Shown piece by piece: positions 62,099 through 64,000 of a stretch of 64,000 bases of DNA; the first letter of the stretch is position 1, and every line of letters starts with the position of its first letter. The DNA comes from Leptolyngbyaceae cyanobacterium (GTDB taxonomy: Bacteria > Cyanobacteriota > Cyanobacteriia > Phormidesmidales > Phormidesmidaceae): positions 128,001 through 192,000 of the forward strand of contig CBDHHL010000049.1 of NCBI GenBank assembly GCA_965263355.1, written 5' to 3'. The notes under the pieces were generated by a model that was not told where the DNA came from, searched no databases, and saw only the letters and a program-made list of their open reading frames with translations. Both the position numbers and the translations under genes were made by a program.

Positions 62099-63313
62099 AT
62101 GTCTAATGCGTCTTCCTATTACAATCGTCTCCGATCGCTCGAATCTGAGCTGTTGGATCGGGGTGGGGCGGTGTCAGCAGATAGGCCGGTTACACCGCAG
62201 CGGAGATTGCTGGATACGGGTGTTGAGACTTCCCACAGGAGCTGGATATCTCCCGGTTGGCGAAGAGAAGGAGCCCATCGAGAACAGTGGCCATCGCAGC
62301 CAAGTGACATATCTAGCGGTAATCGACTGCTAGGGTTGGCACACCATTTGGATCGGGGGCGTGTCAGCGCCTCAGCTACCCCTGAGAGAGTATCACCTTC
62401 GGTCTCCTCAGCTCGGCGTTCTGTCGCTGACAACGGCTTTGCAGCCTATGTCTTTGATCAGGGTGAGCACATCCAGGTGGGCTACAGACCAAAGGTGTCT
62501 CTCCCAGAAGATGAAGTGGAGGATTGGGCAGATGAAGCGCCCGACTGGACTGATCAGTGGGATAACCACTGGGACGGTGACTGGGAGGACGATGAGTCAG
62601 AATATTGGGAGCCTGACGAGGATCTGACAGAGGATGAACAGTCTGCTTGGGAGGAGGAAGAGGCTGAGTGGGAGGAGGACCGGCCCCAACCGTTGACCCA
62701 GCGACCACAGGCAGCGCCCGGTCACCCGTCGGCTCCTGGGCCTACTTCCAAAACACCGGTTCAGCGCAATGGGCAGCGCCCGGTCACCCGGACCGTCGTA
62801 GTCGATGACGTTCCGGCTAAGTCACCTAGCAAACCACCTGCCCAGCGCCCCGCCACGCAGACCGTCACGGTCAAACCGATTCCTGTAGATGACGGAGCGG
62901 CCCCGACAACAGAGGCCAGTCCGCCACCGCCAGCTGCCCGGAATGGCCATGCCGCCCGAGCACCCAAAGCCATCCCCCGGACCCGCCCGCCCAAGGCAAA
63001 GGGCACCACACCGCCACGCCCGTCGGCTCCGCGGCCCCCGACCCCAAAAGCGAACCCAGCCCCGTCTCCGGCCAGGGCGAATGGCAATAACCCGCACGCG
63101 GCCTTTGGCAAGCTTAGTCAATCGTTAAACCACGCCACTGCCTTCAACCTGGGCACTGTCCCCGTTGAAATCCCCTTCGATGACTTTGATCATCGCATTA
63201 CCCAAGAGACCACCGCCCAGGCCCAAGCCCTAGAGCACCGCTTTAAAGAATTCGATCGCGTACTCACCCGCAAGCCTAAAACCAAACCTTCCGAACGCGC
63301 CCCGCCATCCTAA
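62099..63313 (+). CDS. Low-complexity protein: acidic Trp-repeat segment plus Pro-rich linker
   Basis: 404-aa ORF with EDW/PDW/DQW/NHW/GDW/EYW/SAW/AEW acidic tract, P/A/R-rich region and C-terminal FDDFD...FKEFD. Confidence 0.8.
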   Translation: MSNASSYYNRLRSLESELLDRGGAVSADRPVTPQRRLLDTGVETSHRSWISPGWRREGAHREQWPSQPSDISSGNRLLGLAHHLDRGRVSASATPERVSPSVSSARRSVADNGFAAYVFDQGEHIQVGYRPKVSLPEDEVEDWADEAPDWTDQWDNHWDGDWEDDESEYWEPDEDLTEDEQSAWEEEEAEWEEDRPQPLTQRPQAAPGHPSAPGPTSKTPVQRNGQRPVTRTVVVDDVPAKSPSKPPAQRPATQTVTVKPIPVDDGAAPTTEASPPPPAARNGHAARAPKAIPRTRPPKAKGTTPPRPSAPRPPTPKANPAPSPARANGNNPHAAFGKLSQSLNHATAFNLGTVPVEIPFDDFDHRITQETTAQAQALEHRFKEFDRVLTRKPKTKPSERAPPS

Positions 63314-63370
63314 ATCTTACCTTTTACCTGTTACTCGTCACTTGTTCCTTTCTCTTCCCCCGAGGTACCC

Positions 63371-64000
63371 ATGACCCAAACTACCTTGCCCAACCGCCTA
63401 TTTGCCCTCGACCAACATCTCACTCACAAACGCATGCATGCCAATGCGCCGCCTGGTACGAGGGTAGCCTACCGATTTGATCAGGGGGCACCCATCCGGG
63501 CCATGGGGTATCCCGAATGGGATACCGACTCGGAGTACGCCGAGGCCAACGACTGGGACGACGAGGACTTCGAGAATGAAGCCTATGCCGAGGCCAGTGA
63601 TTGGGATGACGAGGACTTCGACGTCGATGGGGACTATGCCGAGGCGAGTGATTGGGACGATGACGACCTCGAGGACGAAGCAGAATACGCCGAAGCCAAT
63701 GCCTGGGACGACGAGGACTTCGAGAACGACTCGGAGTACGCCGAGGCCAGTGCCTGGGACGATGACGACTTCGACGTCGATGGGGACTATGCCGAGGCCA
63801 GTGCCTGGGACGACGAGGACCCCGACCACGACGCCTATGCTGAGGCGAGTGATTGGGACAATGGCGATTTTGAGGACGCCTCGGAGTATGCCGAGGCTAA
63901 TGACTATGTGGATGCCTACGATGTCGACGCGGACCACCTAGATGGCTTAGAAGCGGAGGCCGACGAAGACATCTATGCCGAGGCCAGTGAGTACTCCGAC
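63371..64000 (+). CDS. Hyper-acidic tandem-repeat protein (YAEA[SN]xWDDED...), 3'-truncated by window edge
   Basis: Not in the ORF track. GAGG RBS, ATG at 63371, open to the window end: MTQTTLPNRLFALDQHL...AYRFDQGAPIRAMGYPEWDTDSEYAEANDWDDEDFENEAYAEASDW... Confidence 0.85.
   Translation, partial: MTQTTLPNRLFALDQHLTHKRMHANAPPGTRVAYRFDQGAPIRAMGYPEWDTDSEYAEANDWDDEDFENEAYAEASDWDDEDFDVDGDYAEASDWDDDDLEDEAEYAEANAWDDEDFENDSEYAEASAWDDDDFDVDGDYAEASAWDDEDPDHDAYAEASDWDNGDFEDASEYAEANDYVDAYDVDADHLDGLEAEADEDIYAEASEYSD

Noticed and set aside
63520..63900. ~48-51 bp periodic repeats as a CRISPR array
   Set aside because: Units vary at third codon positions, keep frame and encode YAEAS repeats. There are no unique spacers and no cas genes in the window.
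63398..63941. Track ORFs 63398-63937 (-) and 63477-63941 (+)
   Set aside because: Shadow frames of the repeat. The frame from ATG 63371 has an RBS and shares motifs with the upstream gene.

Overview
Cyanobacterial DNA (many HIP1 GCGATCGC octamers, heptamer STRR-like repeats) in three blocks. (1) 1-10 kb: an RND efflux pair, a PadR remnant and a DUF2147-like gene, then nested mobile elements. These are a group II twintron (an intact RT/HNH intron inserted between domains V and VI of an intron with a deleted IEP), a Tn3 transposase remnant and an IS66 element with a nonsense mutation. (2) 10-51.4 kb: a ~41 kb biosynthetic cluster, the main find. A FAAL-ACP and four cis-AT PKS modules end in a PlsC-like glycerolipid acyltransferase domain instead of a thioesterase. 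Beside them are a lipase-cdsA-pssA-psd operon, a second acyltransferase, an MFS-EF-hand fusion and an RND pair. The three transcription units share an ACCTGAC direct-repeat array. The inferred product is a polyketide-acylated phosphatidylserine/phosphatidylethanolamine-type lipid, a head group cyanobacteria are not generally known to make. (3) 51.5-64 kb: an AraC regulator and a co-directional operon of an S8 protease, a beta-propeller and at least 8 uncharacterised proteins, including two paralogous hyper-acidic Trp-repeat proteins. All calls come from reading motifs by eye; no database search was run.
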